Virus record (IMG/VR): IMGVR_UViG_3300037512_001279
Location: 1 to 64,000 of that record
DNA: 64,000 nt
Direction: 5' to 3' (one strand)
Source: a virus
Lineage: Duplodnaviria > Caudoviricetes
Shown: positions 9,493 through 18,893 of the stretch, piece by piece
How the letters are laid out: each line of letters opens with the position of its first letter
Numbering within the stretch: the first letter of the stretch is position 1
The notes under the pieces: generated by a model
Seen by the model: only the letters and a program-made list of their open reading frames with translations
The model's database searches: none
Told to the model about the DNA's origin: nothing
Made by a program: the position numbers and the translations under genes

Positions 9493-9906
9493 ATGGAGAA
9501 TGTAATTATGTATTCCAAACCAATTGTTAAATTTGACGAAGAATTGTTTGAATCAGTATACATGGCGTCCGGCGATTGTTATTACGTAGCAAACGTAATG
9601 TATCAAAAACCAGAGACGGGTAGAGGCGATTACCGCATACAAATCAATGCGTCTCATAACGCAACTGACGGCCATCACAGTGGTGAACAAATACTTACAA
9701 TCACGTTTAGCCAGCCGGTAAAGTATAAGGATTCAAATGGAACTCTTATTAACGGAGACGGAAGCTGCTCCATCAGAATTAGATACAAATATCATAATAA
9801 CGACAAAGACAATATTGGTCTTGGTGACGTTATTGTTGAATCTGACGCTGGGCTTGCAGTTATTGGATGTTCTCTTGAATGCAATCATAATTGCGGACAG
9901 CATTAA
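9493..9906 (+). CDS. hypothetical beta-rich protein
   Basis: 137-aa ORF between a terminator-like hairpin and HU. Confidence 0.6.
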   Translation: MENVIMYSKPIVKFDEELFESVYMASGDCYYVANVMYQKPETGRGDYRIQINASHNATDGHHSGEQILTITFSQPVKYKDSNGTLINGDGSCSIRIRYKYHNNDKDNIGLGDVIVESDAGLAVIGCSLECNHNCGQH

Positions 9907-9939
9907 TTTTTTTTTGGATAAGAAAGGAACGAGATAATT

Positions 9940-10215
9940 ATGAATAGAAATGACGTTTATAAATACGTAGCAAGAAGAATTGACGGTTGTACAAAAGCTG
10001 ACGTTGCAACGGTGTTGGATGTATATGCTGATTTTGTTAAAGAAACTCTTCAGAAAAATGTCGATGAAACAGTTATGCTTCCTGGAATTGGAAAGTTTAG
10101 TGTTAAGAAAATCCCTGCAAAATCCGGCATAAGTAACCTTACCAAGGAGCCTTGGGAGCGTCCTGCAAGAAACGAACTTAAGTTTGTTGTTAATAAAGAC
10201 GTTAAGCAGTTGTAA
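9940..10215 (+). CDS. hup: HU/IHF-family DNA-binding protein (YonN-like)
   Basis: 91 aa, V.LPGIGKFSV...PA..G..N..T...RPA...KF pattern. Confidence 0.85.
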   Translation: MNRNDVYKYVARRIDGCTKADVATVLDVYADFVKETLQKNVDETVMLPGIGKFSVKKIPAKSGISNLTKEPWERPARNELKFVVNKDVKQL

Positions 10216-10558
10216 TTTGCATAACAGAACCTGCAACGCCTCTTAATAATGCGTACCACTGCAGGTCATTGAAATTTAGACCGATGATGCTTTAGGCATA
10301 TGGTGCAAAACCGCATCGGTCATTTGGTGTTCCGCCACCATAAGAGCGAGCCTTTAAACTACTGTTTGCCCATTACCATAAAAAGAAAATGGGCTTTACT
10401 TAGCTCATCTGCCATGTGTAGAAGGAGTATCGGAGTCGTCTTATTTAAGGCGCCTCTTGTTTTTTATAAGGAATTGCGGTGGATGTCTTCGGACTACACC
10501 TATAGGCTATCTGATGAGTCGGATAGCCTATTATATTGGAAATAAAGGAGGATTTGCC

Positions 10559-11563
10559 ATGGCTAACAGAGGTCGTGTATATAACCGCGTATTCACCGAA
10601 GATTTATGGCTTAAGGTGAATCCGGTAAATAAGGAAATTATGAATGATTTTTTGGACGAATACAGACAGAGAAAGAAATCTAAAGCAACAGTGTCTGCAT
10701 ATCAATCAGATCTTCAATTAATCTTTTGTATTATTGCGCAGAAGTTTGATAACAAGTCGGTACTTGAAATGACAAAACGCGATTTCAGATCGCTTAGTCT
10801 TATGTTTACTGACGAGTTTGGTCTTTCTCCTGCAAGAACAAATAGACTGAAAAGTTCAATCAATAGTATGCTCACGTTTTGTGAAGAGGAAGAAGACTAT
10901 GATTACGACATTAATTATGCTAAGAAGGTTAAAGGTATACCTAACGAGCGCGTAAAGGATGATGACGATGACTTTTTCTTTACGTTCGACGAGTTCATAA
11001 AGGTTCGTGATATATTGGTAGAGCAAGGTAGGTTGCAGCTTGCTGTTCTTTGGTCTGTTGGTTTTGATTCTGCAGGAAGACGCAATGAACTTCTACAGAT
11101 TGAAAAAACGGGGCTTCTTGACGGCAACAAGACAAACATTGTTGTTGGTAAACGCGGCAAGAAGTTCGCTCTTGTGTATTTAGATGACACAAAGGAATTG
11201 ATCAGAAAATATCTTGAGGAGCGTGGAGAAGATAATATCCCTTCTCTTTGGTATAAAACCGTAAATGGGCAGAAAATGCCGATCCAATCGGAGACAATTT
11301 ATGACCGCATAGTGTCAATTTCTAAAATACTGTCAGACGTTCGCGGTGAGGAATGTAATATATTCCCACATACAATGAGACACAGTAGACTTGAGTGTTT
11401 GGCTCAAGGGACTGACACAAGACTTACGGACAATGACGGGAATCCAAGAAAGTTCCCATTAGAGCAAATACAAGTGTTTGCGCATCATTCAGACGTAAGC
11501 ACTACTCAGGGATATTTAAAAGATCACTCAGAAGACACTATAAACGAAATGTTTGGCTTTTAG
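10559..11563 (+). CDS. tyrosine recombinase (XerC/YomM-like)
   Basis: GRRNE (R), GKRGK (K), HTMRH (HxxR), HHSD.STT.GY (H, Y); AAAGGAGG RBS before ATG 10559. Confidence 0.9.
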   Translation: MANRGRVYNRVFTEDLWLKVNPVNKEIMNDFLDEYRQRKKSKATVSAYQSDLQLIFCIIAQKFDNKSVLEMTKRDFRSLSLMFTDEFGLSPARTNRLKSSINSMLTFCEEEEDYDYDINYAKKVKGIPNERVKDDDDDFFFTFDEFIKVRDILVEQGRLQLAVLWSVGFDSAGRRNELLQIEKTGLLDGNKTNIVVGKRGKKFALVYLDDTKELIRKYLEERGEDNIPSLWYKTVNGQKMPIQSETIYDRIVSISKILSDVRGEECNIFPHTMRHSRLECLAQGTDTRLTDNDGNPRKFPLEQIQVFAHHSDVSTTQGYLKDHSEDTINEMFGF

Positions 11564-11577
11564 TGGAGGTGCATTAA

Positions 11578-12867
11578 ATGAGTATTATAATTCACAGGAA
11601 CAATGCACCAAGAGATAAGATATTGGCGTCAAACGTTCTTATGGGTACTGGTAATGATAATACGGATAATGTTGAAAGACGCATTACTGATTTGGAAAAC
11701 AGTGAGGCACACGTCGCCGTTGATCAGATTCTTACGGAAGGAGTGCCGATTGCAGACATTGAGGTTGGTAACATAACAACAAGACTGTATGCTCCTGAAG
11801 GTGGCGGTACGGGTACTGTTACCGGCGTTGAAGTTGACGGCGTTAGCGTTGTTGATGAAAACGGCGTTGCTGAGATTCCTGCAATACCGTCAAATTTGGA
11901 AGACTTAGCAGACGTTAACTTATCCTCTCCGTCTGACGGTCAGGCTCTTGTGTATGACAGCACAGAGTCTAAATGGGTAGCCGGCGAAGCAGGACAAGTA
12001 GATGACGTAAAGGTTAATGGCACAAGCGTTGTCGATGTAAACAAAATAGCGCAAATTACTTCCTATAAAGAGTTAACGCAATCCCAGTATGATGGTCTTC
12101 CCAACAGCAAATACACCGATGGCGTTTTGTATTGCATAAAGGATGACGGGATTGTTGAAGGTGATAAGTATGCACCGGTGATTTATTCACTTGCCGAAAG
12201 AGAAGTTGGTGTTTGGACAGACGGGAAGCCGATGTATGCAAAAACTATTCACGTTACCAATTTGCCTAGTTCTACTAGCACAAGCGGAGTAAATTATCCA
12301 CATAATATATCAAACATTGACACAATTTGTACCTATGATGCGGTTGCGAGATGGTCTAATGGACAAGCCACTCATCTGAATCATTCAGTATTTACAGCAG
12401 GAGCGCAGAACTCATCCATAACAATAGTATTATCTAAAACAGATATAAATATAGTTGTTGGTATTGACAGAAGTTCCATGAATGCTGATGTAACTATTTA
12501 TTACACCAAAACCACCGATGTTCCTGGCTCAGGTTCATGGGGTACGGATGGCGTTCCGATGGTTCACTACAGTACGGATGAGAAGGTAATTGGAACATGG
12601 ATTGACGGGAAAACTTTGTATGAACGCACTTTTACTTTTTCAAGCGCATTAAGCATACCATCAAATACATGGACCCTTACAGACATAGATTCTACAAATA
12701 TTGAAAAAATTGTGTATTGTATGGGTCTTCACAGTGATGGTACTTGTTATGCGTTCATTGGCGCAGACCCAACACAGAGTAGTCATACAAAGGTGGGTGT
12801 GTGGTCTGCAAGAAATACAATAACATCATTGTATGGAATGATATTGCAATACACCAAAACCACGTAA
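11578..12867 (+). CDS. putative virion fibre/adhesin protein with two C-terminal repeat domains
   Basis: Fibre-type motifs (V.VDGVSVV, LADV..SSPSDGQALVYD...KW) and two YS..E..G.W.DGK..Y..T...YTKTT domains. Confidence 0.6.
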   Translation: MSIIIHRNNAPRDKILASNVLMGTGNDNTDNVERRITDLENSEAHVAVDQILTEGVPIADIEVGNITTRLYAPEGGGTGTVTGVEVDGVSVVDENGVAEIPAIPSNLEDLADVNLSSPSDGQALVYDSTESKWVAGEAGQVDDVKVNGTSVVDVNKIAQITSYKELTQSQYDGLPNSKYTDGVLYCIKDDGIVEGDKYAPVIYSLAEREVGVWTDGKPMYAKTIHVTNLPSSTSTSGVNYPHNISNIDTICTYDAVARWSNGQATHLNHSVFTAGAQNSSITIVLSKTDINIVVGIDRSSMNADVTIYYTKTTDVPGSGSWGTDGVPMVHYSTDEKVIGTWIDGKTLYERTFTFSSALSIPSNTWTLTDIDSTNIEKIVYCMGLHSDGTCYAFIGADPTQSSHTKVGVWSARNTITSLYGMILQYTKTT

Positions 12868-12879
12868 GGAGGAAATAGC

Positions 12880-13647
12880 ATGGGAAAACAATACTTAAAT
12901 GGAGTGCTTTACGGCACTGGCGAAATCATAAAATTTTCTCCTGAGATTTATAGCGAAGAAGAACGCGAAGTAGGTGTATTCACAGACGGAAGACCCTTAT
13001 ATAAAAAGACATTTGAATGCACATTCGACTCTGCTGTTAGTGGAAGTTCGCAAGGCGAGTATGTCGATTTGATATATTTGCCTGATGTAAATGTCAAAAA
13101 AGTGGAAGCCTATGAACTCAATGGTTCAACTTTATATCCATTCACGGGATATTCTTTAACAAGAGGAATACAATTAGTTAATTTCAGGTACATAGGTGAT
13201 TATGTTAAGCTGTATACTGTATCCACTCCTTATAGTGTCGGTGAGAAAATTATAGTTACCGTTTACTACACCAAAACAACTGATACGCCAGGTTCAGGGC
13301 ATTACACAACAACAGGTGGTGAAGCAGTTCACTATTCACAGACCGAGCAGATAATTGGCACTTGGTTTGATGAGCCTTTGTACGAGAAGACATTCGACCT
13401 TGGAACCAATGGACTTAGCATACCTTCTGCTTTTGCTTCTCAATGGTCAAGTCCGCAAAATTTAGGGCTGGATGCTGGTGGAAAAATAGTAGGAGAATGC
13501 AAAGGCGTTACATTAGACGGGTTGTATAGTACAACCTTAAATGTTTTCAAAAATTCAAGCACTGGTTATGTAATGTTCCAAAATTTAACTGTTGCTCAAT
13601 TAACATACAGATATATCACTCTCCAATACACCAAAACAACAGTTTAA
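12880..13647 (+). CDS. paralogue consisting of two YS..E..G.W...YTKTT repeat domains
   Basis: Same two-domain repeat as the preceding gene. Confidence 0.65.
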   Translation: MGKQYLNGVLYGTGEIIKFSPEIYSEEEREVGVFTDGRPLYKKTFECTFDSAVSGSSQGEYVDLIYLPDVNVKKVEAYELNGSTLYPFTGYSLTRGIQLVNFRYIGDYVKLYTVSTPYSVGEKIIVTVYYTKTTDTPGSGHYTTTGGEAVHYSQTEQIIGTWFDEPLYEKTFDLGTNGLSIPSAFASQWSSPQNLGLDAGGKIVGECKGVTLDGLYSTTLNVFKNSSTGYVMFQNLTVAQLTYRYITLQYTKTTV

Positions 13648-13828
13648 AACGGATTCACGGAATTGTGGCTTGAGCCATAAAATAAAATATACAAATAAAA
13701 ATAGAGAATGATTACATATGATGCAATGCCATTGCATGTAGTCATTCTCTATTATATTACAACTGAATATTGAATGTTTCTTTCCTGCTCTGCAAAATAC
13801 AAACACAAAGGAGAATACAAAAAGGAAA

Positions 13829-14026
13829 ATGAAGGAATGGATTTTGGAATTACTTGAGGAAATACCGGAAGAATTTACAGTAACTGAAAATGGTGACTAC
13901 ATTCAAAGGAAAGACGTTACAGAGGTTGAATACCACTCTCTCGACGGTTATCAATCATTTCACGGATACGAATGCTTAAGAAGGAATTTAACGGAGTCGG
14001 AATACTACCAACTTACTAGTCAATAA
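13829..14026 (+). CDS. hypothetical protein
   Basis: 65 aa, AAGGA RBS. Confidence 0.55.
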   Translation: MKEWILELLEEIPEEFTVTENGDYIQRKDVTEVEYHSLDGYQSFHGYECLRRNLTESEYYQLTSQ

Positions 14027-14051
14027 TACTAATCAAAGGAGTGATGACGCA

Positions 14052-14432
14052 ATGGCATACGCATTTTACAATCCAAATCCTATTGGAAGATTTACAAACG
14101 ACTGCACAGTTCGTGCAGTTTCAAAGGCACTTGACATAGACTGGGATACTGCTTCTGTTTTGCTATGTAACTCTGCAATTCAAATGGGTGACATAGAACC
14201 AAGTAATCAGGTGTTGGCTGCAGTACTTAGGCAACATGGTTTTTACAGGGCCGTAATTGATAATGATTGCCCTGACTGCTATACGGCAGAAGATTTTTGT
14301 AATGAACATTTTAAAGGAACTTATGTATTGGGCTTCGGAGATCACGTTTGTTGTGTGGTTGACGGAGTCATTTTTGATACCTTCGACTCTTCAAGTTGGT
14401 GTCCAATTTATTATTGGTATCAACACAACTAA
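14052..14432 (+). CDS. putative papain-like (Cys-His-Asp) peptidase, gene 1 of six-gene operon
   Basis: NPNP..DCTVRA ... GDHVCCVVDG..FDTFDS. Confidence 0.6.
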   Translation: MAYAFYNPNPIGRFTNDCTVRAVSKALDIDWDTASVLLCNSAIQMGDIEPSNQVLAAVLRQHGFYRAVIDNDCPDCYTAEDFCNEHFKGTYVLGFGDHVCCVVDGVIFDTFDSSSWCPIYYWYQHN

Positions 14433-14462
14433 TCATTTTAACTAGAAAGGAAGAATGACATC

Positions 14463-14942
14463 ATGGTTAATGGCAACTTTGGAAATCCTTATTACAATCA
14501 GACTGGTAATGGTCAAAGTTATCAACAGAATTTTGGCAATCAGCAAAATAACGGGTATTATCAACAGAATACTCAGCAACAGAATACTCCTTACGTTCCG
14601 CCAATTTTGGTTGATTATGTTCAGGGAGAATTAGCCGCTTCTATTTATCCAGTGGCTTACAATCAAAAAGTTATTCTTTTGGACATGGATGATCCTGACA
14701 GAGTTTACAGGAAATCAAGAGATGCTAGTGGCAAGGTTACACCATTAGAAAAATGCAGGATGGTTCCGGAAGAAAACAAACAACTTTTTGACGTGGATTT
14801 GAAAGATTATGTCAAGGAAGATGACATTTTGGAACTTATAGCAGACGCAGTTCAAGCAGAGGTTGACAAGCGGCTGTCCGAAATTTCATTCAAATCAACG
14901 ACATCTGAAAATAAATTTATGAAGAAAGGAGACAGACAATGA
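14463..14942 (+). CDS. Q/N-rich hypothetical protein
   Basis: 159 aa, low-complexity QN/Y N-terminus, C-terminal DYVK.DD helix. Confidence 0.7.
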   Translation: MVNGNFGNPYYNQTGNGQSYQQNFGNQQNNGYYQQNTQQQNTPYVPPILVDYVQGELAASIYPVAYNQKVILLDMDDPDRVYRKSRDASGKVTPLEKCRMVPEENKQLFDVDLKDYVKEDDILELIADAVQAEVDKRLSEISFKSTTSENKFMKKGDRQ

Positions 14943-15250
14943 ATCCTTTCTTTGGCAACAAAATTCCTAGCATGGGCGCGGGCATGCGCTCTCCATTTCA
15001 GAACATGCAACAAATTATTCAGAATATTAACGCCATCAAACAAAATCCTAATTTGATGGGACAGTTTTTATATGAACATAAAATTATAGACAAACAGCAA
15101 TTTGACGAACTCCAACAGCAAGGGATTACTGGTAATCCTGAAGCTATTGGAAATTACTTGATGAATCATGGAGCTTTTACGAAAGAGCAGGCAACTAACG
15201 CATACAATTCTTCTGCTCTTCCAATACAGCAATCCATGAAACAAAACTAG
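14939..15250 (+). CDS. Q/N/M-rich small helical protein
   Basis: 103 aa, ATGA overlap with upstream gene. Confidence 0.7.
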   Translation: MNPFFGNKIPSMGAGMRSPFQNMQQIIQNINAIKQNPNLMGQFLYEHKIIDKQQFDELQQQGITGNPEAIGNYLMNHGAFTKEQATNAYNSSALPIQQSMKQN

Positions 15251-15346
15251 TTAGGTTTCACATAACTCATCGCCGGCAAACGAGTTATTTGAAATAAATG
15301 CTAATCATTAAATCCGTGTTACCACGGTAGAAAGGACAACTTAGAT

Positions 15347-16255
15347 ATGACATCAGATGGTAACAACATGATCATGCCGGTTGCACCTACGGGTGGCTTC
15401 GGCAACGGCGGTTTCGGAGGTGGATGGGGTTCAGACGTTTGGATCATCCTACTCGTACTTTTTGCTTTCGGTGGCTTTGGTGGCTTCGGAGGCATGGGTG
15501 GATTTGGCGGATGGGGAGGTTTCGGAAATTACGACTTCCCATGGATTTTAGCTTCTCAGGCTAATAATCAAAATTCTACTCAGAGTAGCTTTGACAATCT
15601 TGCTACTCAAAATGCAATCTCTGCACTTAGCGGTGCAGTAACAAGCGGTTTTGGTGACGTAAATCTTGGCATTGCTGGAATTAATCAGAATATCTGCTCT
15701 TCTACTGGTCAGATTGTTCAGGCAGTTAACAGTGGTTTTGCTCAGTCTGAAATCGCGGCGAATGCACGTCAGATGGCAGACATGCAGCAGAATTTTGCAA
15801 TGCAGACTTCTATGGGTCAAGGATTTAACGGAGTGACTGCTCAAGTTGCTCAGGCTGGATTTGATAGTCGCTATGCGATTGCAGGTCTTGGTTCTGACCT
15901 TGCTCGTGAGGCTTGTGCAAATCGCACCGTTAGCACTCAGAACGCACAGACGATTATTAACGCACTTAATGAGGGTGTTCAGTCTATTAAGGATCAGCTC
16001 TATAGTGACAAGATGGACTCCAAGAACGAGAAGATTCTTGAGCTTCAGAACGCTCTTAACATGGCAACGTTGCGTGAGTCTCAGGTAGCTCAGAATGCAT
16101 TTATTCAGCAGGGCTTTACTGATGAAGTAGATCAGCTCTACAACAGACTCTCTAACTGTCCCGTACCTAGCACTCCCGTTTATGGAAGAACTCCAATCTT
16201 TACATGCAATGGTAATGGTGGATGCGGTTGCGGCGGCAACAGCTTCTATAACTAA
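15347..16255 (+). CDS. Gly-rich membrane-anchored coiled-coil protein with CGCG C-terminus
   Basis: WIILLVLFAF hydrophobic segment flanked by GGFGG repeats, long heptad-like region, C-terminal CNGNGGCGCGG. Confidence 0.75.
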   Translation: MTSDGNNMIMPVAPTGGFGNGGFGGGWGSDVWIILLVLFAFGGFGGFGGMGGFGGWGGFGNYDFPWILASQANNQNSTQSSFDNLATQNAISALSGAVTSGFGDVNLGIAGINQNICSSTGQIVQAVNSGFAQSEIAANARQMADMQQNFAMQTSMGQGFNGVTAQVAQAGFDSRYAIAGLGSDLAREACANRTVSTQNAQTIINALNEGVQSIKDQLYSDKMDSKNEKILELQNALNMATLRESQVAQNAFIQQGFTDEVDQLYNRLSNCPVPSTPVYGRTPIFTCNGNGGCGCGGNSFYN

Positions 16256-16270
16256 TTAGGAGGTGTTGTC

Positions 16271-16726
16271 ATGGCAGAATATATATTAAGTTCGAATCAG
16301 AACGTGGCACTAAATAGTGCCATTCCGTTCGACACTGTTTCTATTCCTTGTACAAACGGGAATGTAATACCCGTTGTTCCTGGAGTTCTTATTCTCAAGG
16401 GCAATACCACTAACCGTTTTGCAAGATACTTGGTTACCCTACAAGGTAACGTGAGTGTCCCAGAAGGTGGGGAGGTAACTGCAGTAGCATTGGGGATAAC
16501 TTTGGACGGTACTACAATTCCTGAAAGCGTTGCAATTTATACACCTCAAGCCGTTAGTGAATATGGACACGTTAATACGAGTTCAATCATTACGGTTCCA
16601 AAGGGGTGTTGCGTATCCGTTTCGGGATGGTATGTTGACGGAACGGTAGACGATGCTACGGTTACTCCTACTCCTTCAATTCAGGTTAGACGCAAGGCGA
16701 CACTAACCGTTGAAAGAATTGCTTAA
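16271..16726 (+). CDS. beta-sandwich protein (possibly BclA-C/TNF-like)
   Basis: MAEY..NQ.V..N.AIPF, G.L.L.G, alternating beta pattern, CC..SV, ends LTVERIA. Confidence 0.6.
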   Translation: MAEYILSSNQNVALNSAIPFDTVSIPCTNGNVIPVVPGVLILKGNTTNRFARYLVTLQGNVSVPEGGEVTAVALGITLDGTTIPESVAIYTPQAVSEYGHVNTSSIITVPKGCCVSVSGWYVDGTVDDATVTPTPSIQVRRKATLTVERIA

Positions 16727-16743
16727 GGGAAGGAGGAATAGTA

Positions 16744-17106
16744 ATGCACGGATTGCATGAATTAAAAAGAAAAATTATTGAGGAACTTGAAGAGTATGGC
16801 ATGAGAAATGAAGTTAAGGCTTCTGAACTGCCTACTATTGATACTTTGGCTCACACTGCGAAGAACTTATGTAAGATTATTGCCATGTGTGAGGAAGAAA
16901 CTGGATACAGCTATGGCGACCGCTATTACGGCAGAACATCAAGAGGAATGTCTTATCCTCGTGGAAGACGTATGTATGATGATATGGGCGGTTATTCCGG
17001 CGGTGGCGAATGGGTGATTGAAATGCTCGAGGATCTCAAGGAGAAGGCTCCTAATGAGAACATGAGGCATGAGTTTGATGAATTCATTCGAAGGATGAAG
17101 AAGTAA
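16744..17106 (+). CDS. hypothetical helical protein with Y/G/R-rich linker
   Basis: 120 aa, AAGGAGG RBS, last gene before a hairpin. Confidence 0.7.
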   Translation: MHGLHELKRKIIEELEEYGMRNEVKASELPTIDTLAHTAKNLCKIIAMCEEETGYSYGDRYYGRTSRGMSYPRGRRMYDDMGGYSGGGEWVIEMLEDLKEKAPNENMRHEFDEFIRRMKK

Positions 17107-17152
17107 TTTCTTAGTATTGTGGAGGGAGCGTGCTGCTCTCTCCTATCTTAAA

Positions 17153-17226
17153 TGCAACGTAGCTTAAATATACAGAGCGCCAATCTATTATCATTGGAGA
17201 CATGGGAGAATAACCCATCGTTGCAT
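17153..17226 (+). ncRNA. tRNA-like cloverleaf with 8-nt anticodon loop and non-canonical T loop
   Basis: Acceptor TGCAACG/CGTTGCA, D stem GCT/AGC, CCAAT-CTATTATC-ATTGG, ATGGG-AGAATAA-CCCAT. Confidence 0.55.
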
Positions 17227-17247
17227 TTTTCTAAAGAAAGGAAATAT

Positions 17248-17535
17248 ATGGATAACGAAGTTTTGGAATTTATACGACGAAGATTCAAAGATGATTGTAA
17301 TTGGCTTGACGGTAACTGCTACTATTTCGCTCTTGTATTAAAAGACAGATTTCATGGGGATATCTACTATGACGTCGTATATGGTCATTTTGCAACATTG
17401 ATTGACGGTATTCTGTATGATTGGCGTGGAATTGTAGATGATTTTGATAAAGAAATGTGCTTTGTTGAATGGAGTAAGTTTGACAATTACGATGCTCTGC
17501 AAAAAGAAAGAATTATTAGAGATTGTATTATGTAA
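17248..17535 (+). CDS. small Cys-His-Asp (transglutaminase/papain-like) protein
   Basis: GNCYYFA..GHF..LYDWRG; GAAAGGA RBS before ATG 17248. Confidence 0.55.
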   Translation: MDNEVLEFIRRRFKDDCNWLDGNCYYFALVLKDRFHGDIYYDVVYGHFATLIDGILYDWRGIVDDFDKEMCFVEWSKFDNYDALQKERIIRDCIM

Positions 17536-17545
17536 AAAGTATTAT

Positions 17546-17616
17546 TGGGATATAGTTTAATGGTAGAACATGCGACTGTTAATCGCAGTATATGAGTTCA
17601 ATTCTCTTTGTCCCAG
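17546..17616 (+). tRNA. tRNA-Asn (GTT)
   Basis: Acceptor TGGGATA/TGTCCCA, anticodon arm TGCGA-CTGTTAA-TCGCA, T loop TTCAATT. Confidence 0.85.
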
Positions 17617-17831
17617 TTTCAACCAGAGTAATGCCTGAATTGACAGGATATGTCAGGAACGGATGAGGCCGTTCGGTGCTTATGCACGTCTCGTGAGCGA
17701 CGACTGTACTGGTGAGGCTTGTTCGTGCCAATAAGATTATAAAAACGAATAATTATCAGAAGGCTCCACACCTCTCATTGAAGTGTCAAATGGAGCCACT
17801 TTTTATTATTTGAAAAGAAAGGAAGGATTAT

Positions 17832-18893
17832 ATGGCTTATTTAAGACAGGCCAAGACGCAGGAAGAATTAAAAGCTCTTACCGTAAATAACGTCAAGAAG
17901 GCATATGGCGACTTGGCTGAAGATTATAATAGGCTCGTAAATCTTGACGTTATATATTGTCCTTGTTGCGGGGAGTTTAAGTCTGCTGCTCAGTTCTATT
18001 CTTCTAAAAGAACAAAGAGTGGAATTGAACATTTAGGTTGTAAGGCATGCATTCTTGACATGGCTACTGATTTTGACAAGAAGACGCAAATTCGTAAGGA
18101 TAACAGGGAAAAGACAATTGAAGTGTTTAGAAAGCTTGATCTCCCATTTGTGGAAAAGGCATATACCGCACAGCTTAGGTTTAATGCTGATGCTGCTAAT
18201 GAGAAAATCCGCGAGACTGCTTTTCAGCAATATCTTGTTATGGTAAAGTCTCTTCCTCAGTATAAAGGAAAGACGTTTGCTGACAGCGAATTTGACCTTG
18301 ATGAGTCTGAAGATACAACGTCGCCTGAAGATGTAAAGATTGTACAAAAAACTCTTAAGGCTGCTAAAAAGAGATTTGGTTCTGACTTTAGTAATGAAGA
18401 CCTTATGTTTTTGGAAACTGAATATCAAGATTGGGTATCTAGGTATGCTTGTGATACGAAGGCACAGGAGACAATCTTTGAGCGTTTGGCATTTAAAAAG
18501 TGGGAAATTAATAAAGCCACTAAAGCCGGAGCTAGTACAAAAGATTTGGACAGAACTTATCAGGATTTGTTGTCATCAATTAATATTCTGCCACGGCAAA
18601 ATAGTGGCAATGGAATTACAGACTCTCTCACTTTCGGTCAATTGATTGAAAAATGGGAAGAAGAAAAACCGATTCCTGAACCTTCTCCTGAGTTTAAGGA
18701 TGTTGACGGAATTGGAAAATACATTCGCGTTTGGTTTAAGGGACATCTTGCAAGAGCTTTGGGATTTGATAATGGATATTCCAAAGAATATGACGAATAC
18801 ATCGAGCAATATAAAGTGAAAAAGCCTGAGATTATGGAAGAAGGACGGTCAGATGCTATTTATTCTGCGCTGTTCGGTAAGGAAGAAACATAA
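17832..18893 (+). CDS. zinc-finger protein, probable terminase small subunit
   Basis: CPCC and CKAC zinc ligands; overlaps start of large terminase. Confidence 0.55.
   Translation: MAYLRQAKTQEELKALTVNNVKKAYGDLAEDYNRLVNLDVIYCPCCGEFKSAAQFYSSKRTKSGIEHLGCKACILDMATDFDKKTQIRKDNREKTIEVFRKLDLPFVEKAYTAQLRFNADAANEKIRETAFQQYLVMVKSLPQYKGKTFADSEFDLDESEDTTSPEDVKIVQKTLKAAKKRFGSDFSNEDLMFLETEYQDWVSRYACDTKAQETIFERLAFKKWEINKATKAGASTKDLDRTYQDLLSSINILPRQNSGNGITDSLTFGQLIEKWEEEKPIPEPSPEFKDVDGIGKYIRVWFKGHLARALGFDNGYSKEYDEYIEQYKVKKPEIMEEGRSDAIYSALFGKEET

Noticed and set aside
10503-10545. Hammerhead ribozyme (CTGATGAG)
   Set aside because: The motif lies within a simple hairpin; no stem II-GAAA-stem III arrangement could be built
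11578-13647. Invertible shufflon or DGR target
   Set aside because: No inverted cassettes, no reverse transcriptase and no TR/VR pair seen in the window
17152-17247. N-terminal extension of ORF 17152..17535
   Set aside because: Overlaps the tRNA-like element; the RBS supports ATG 17248
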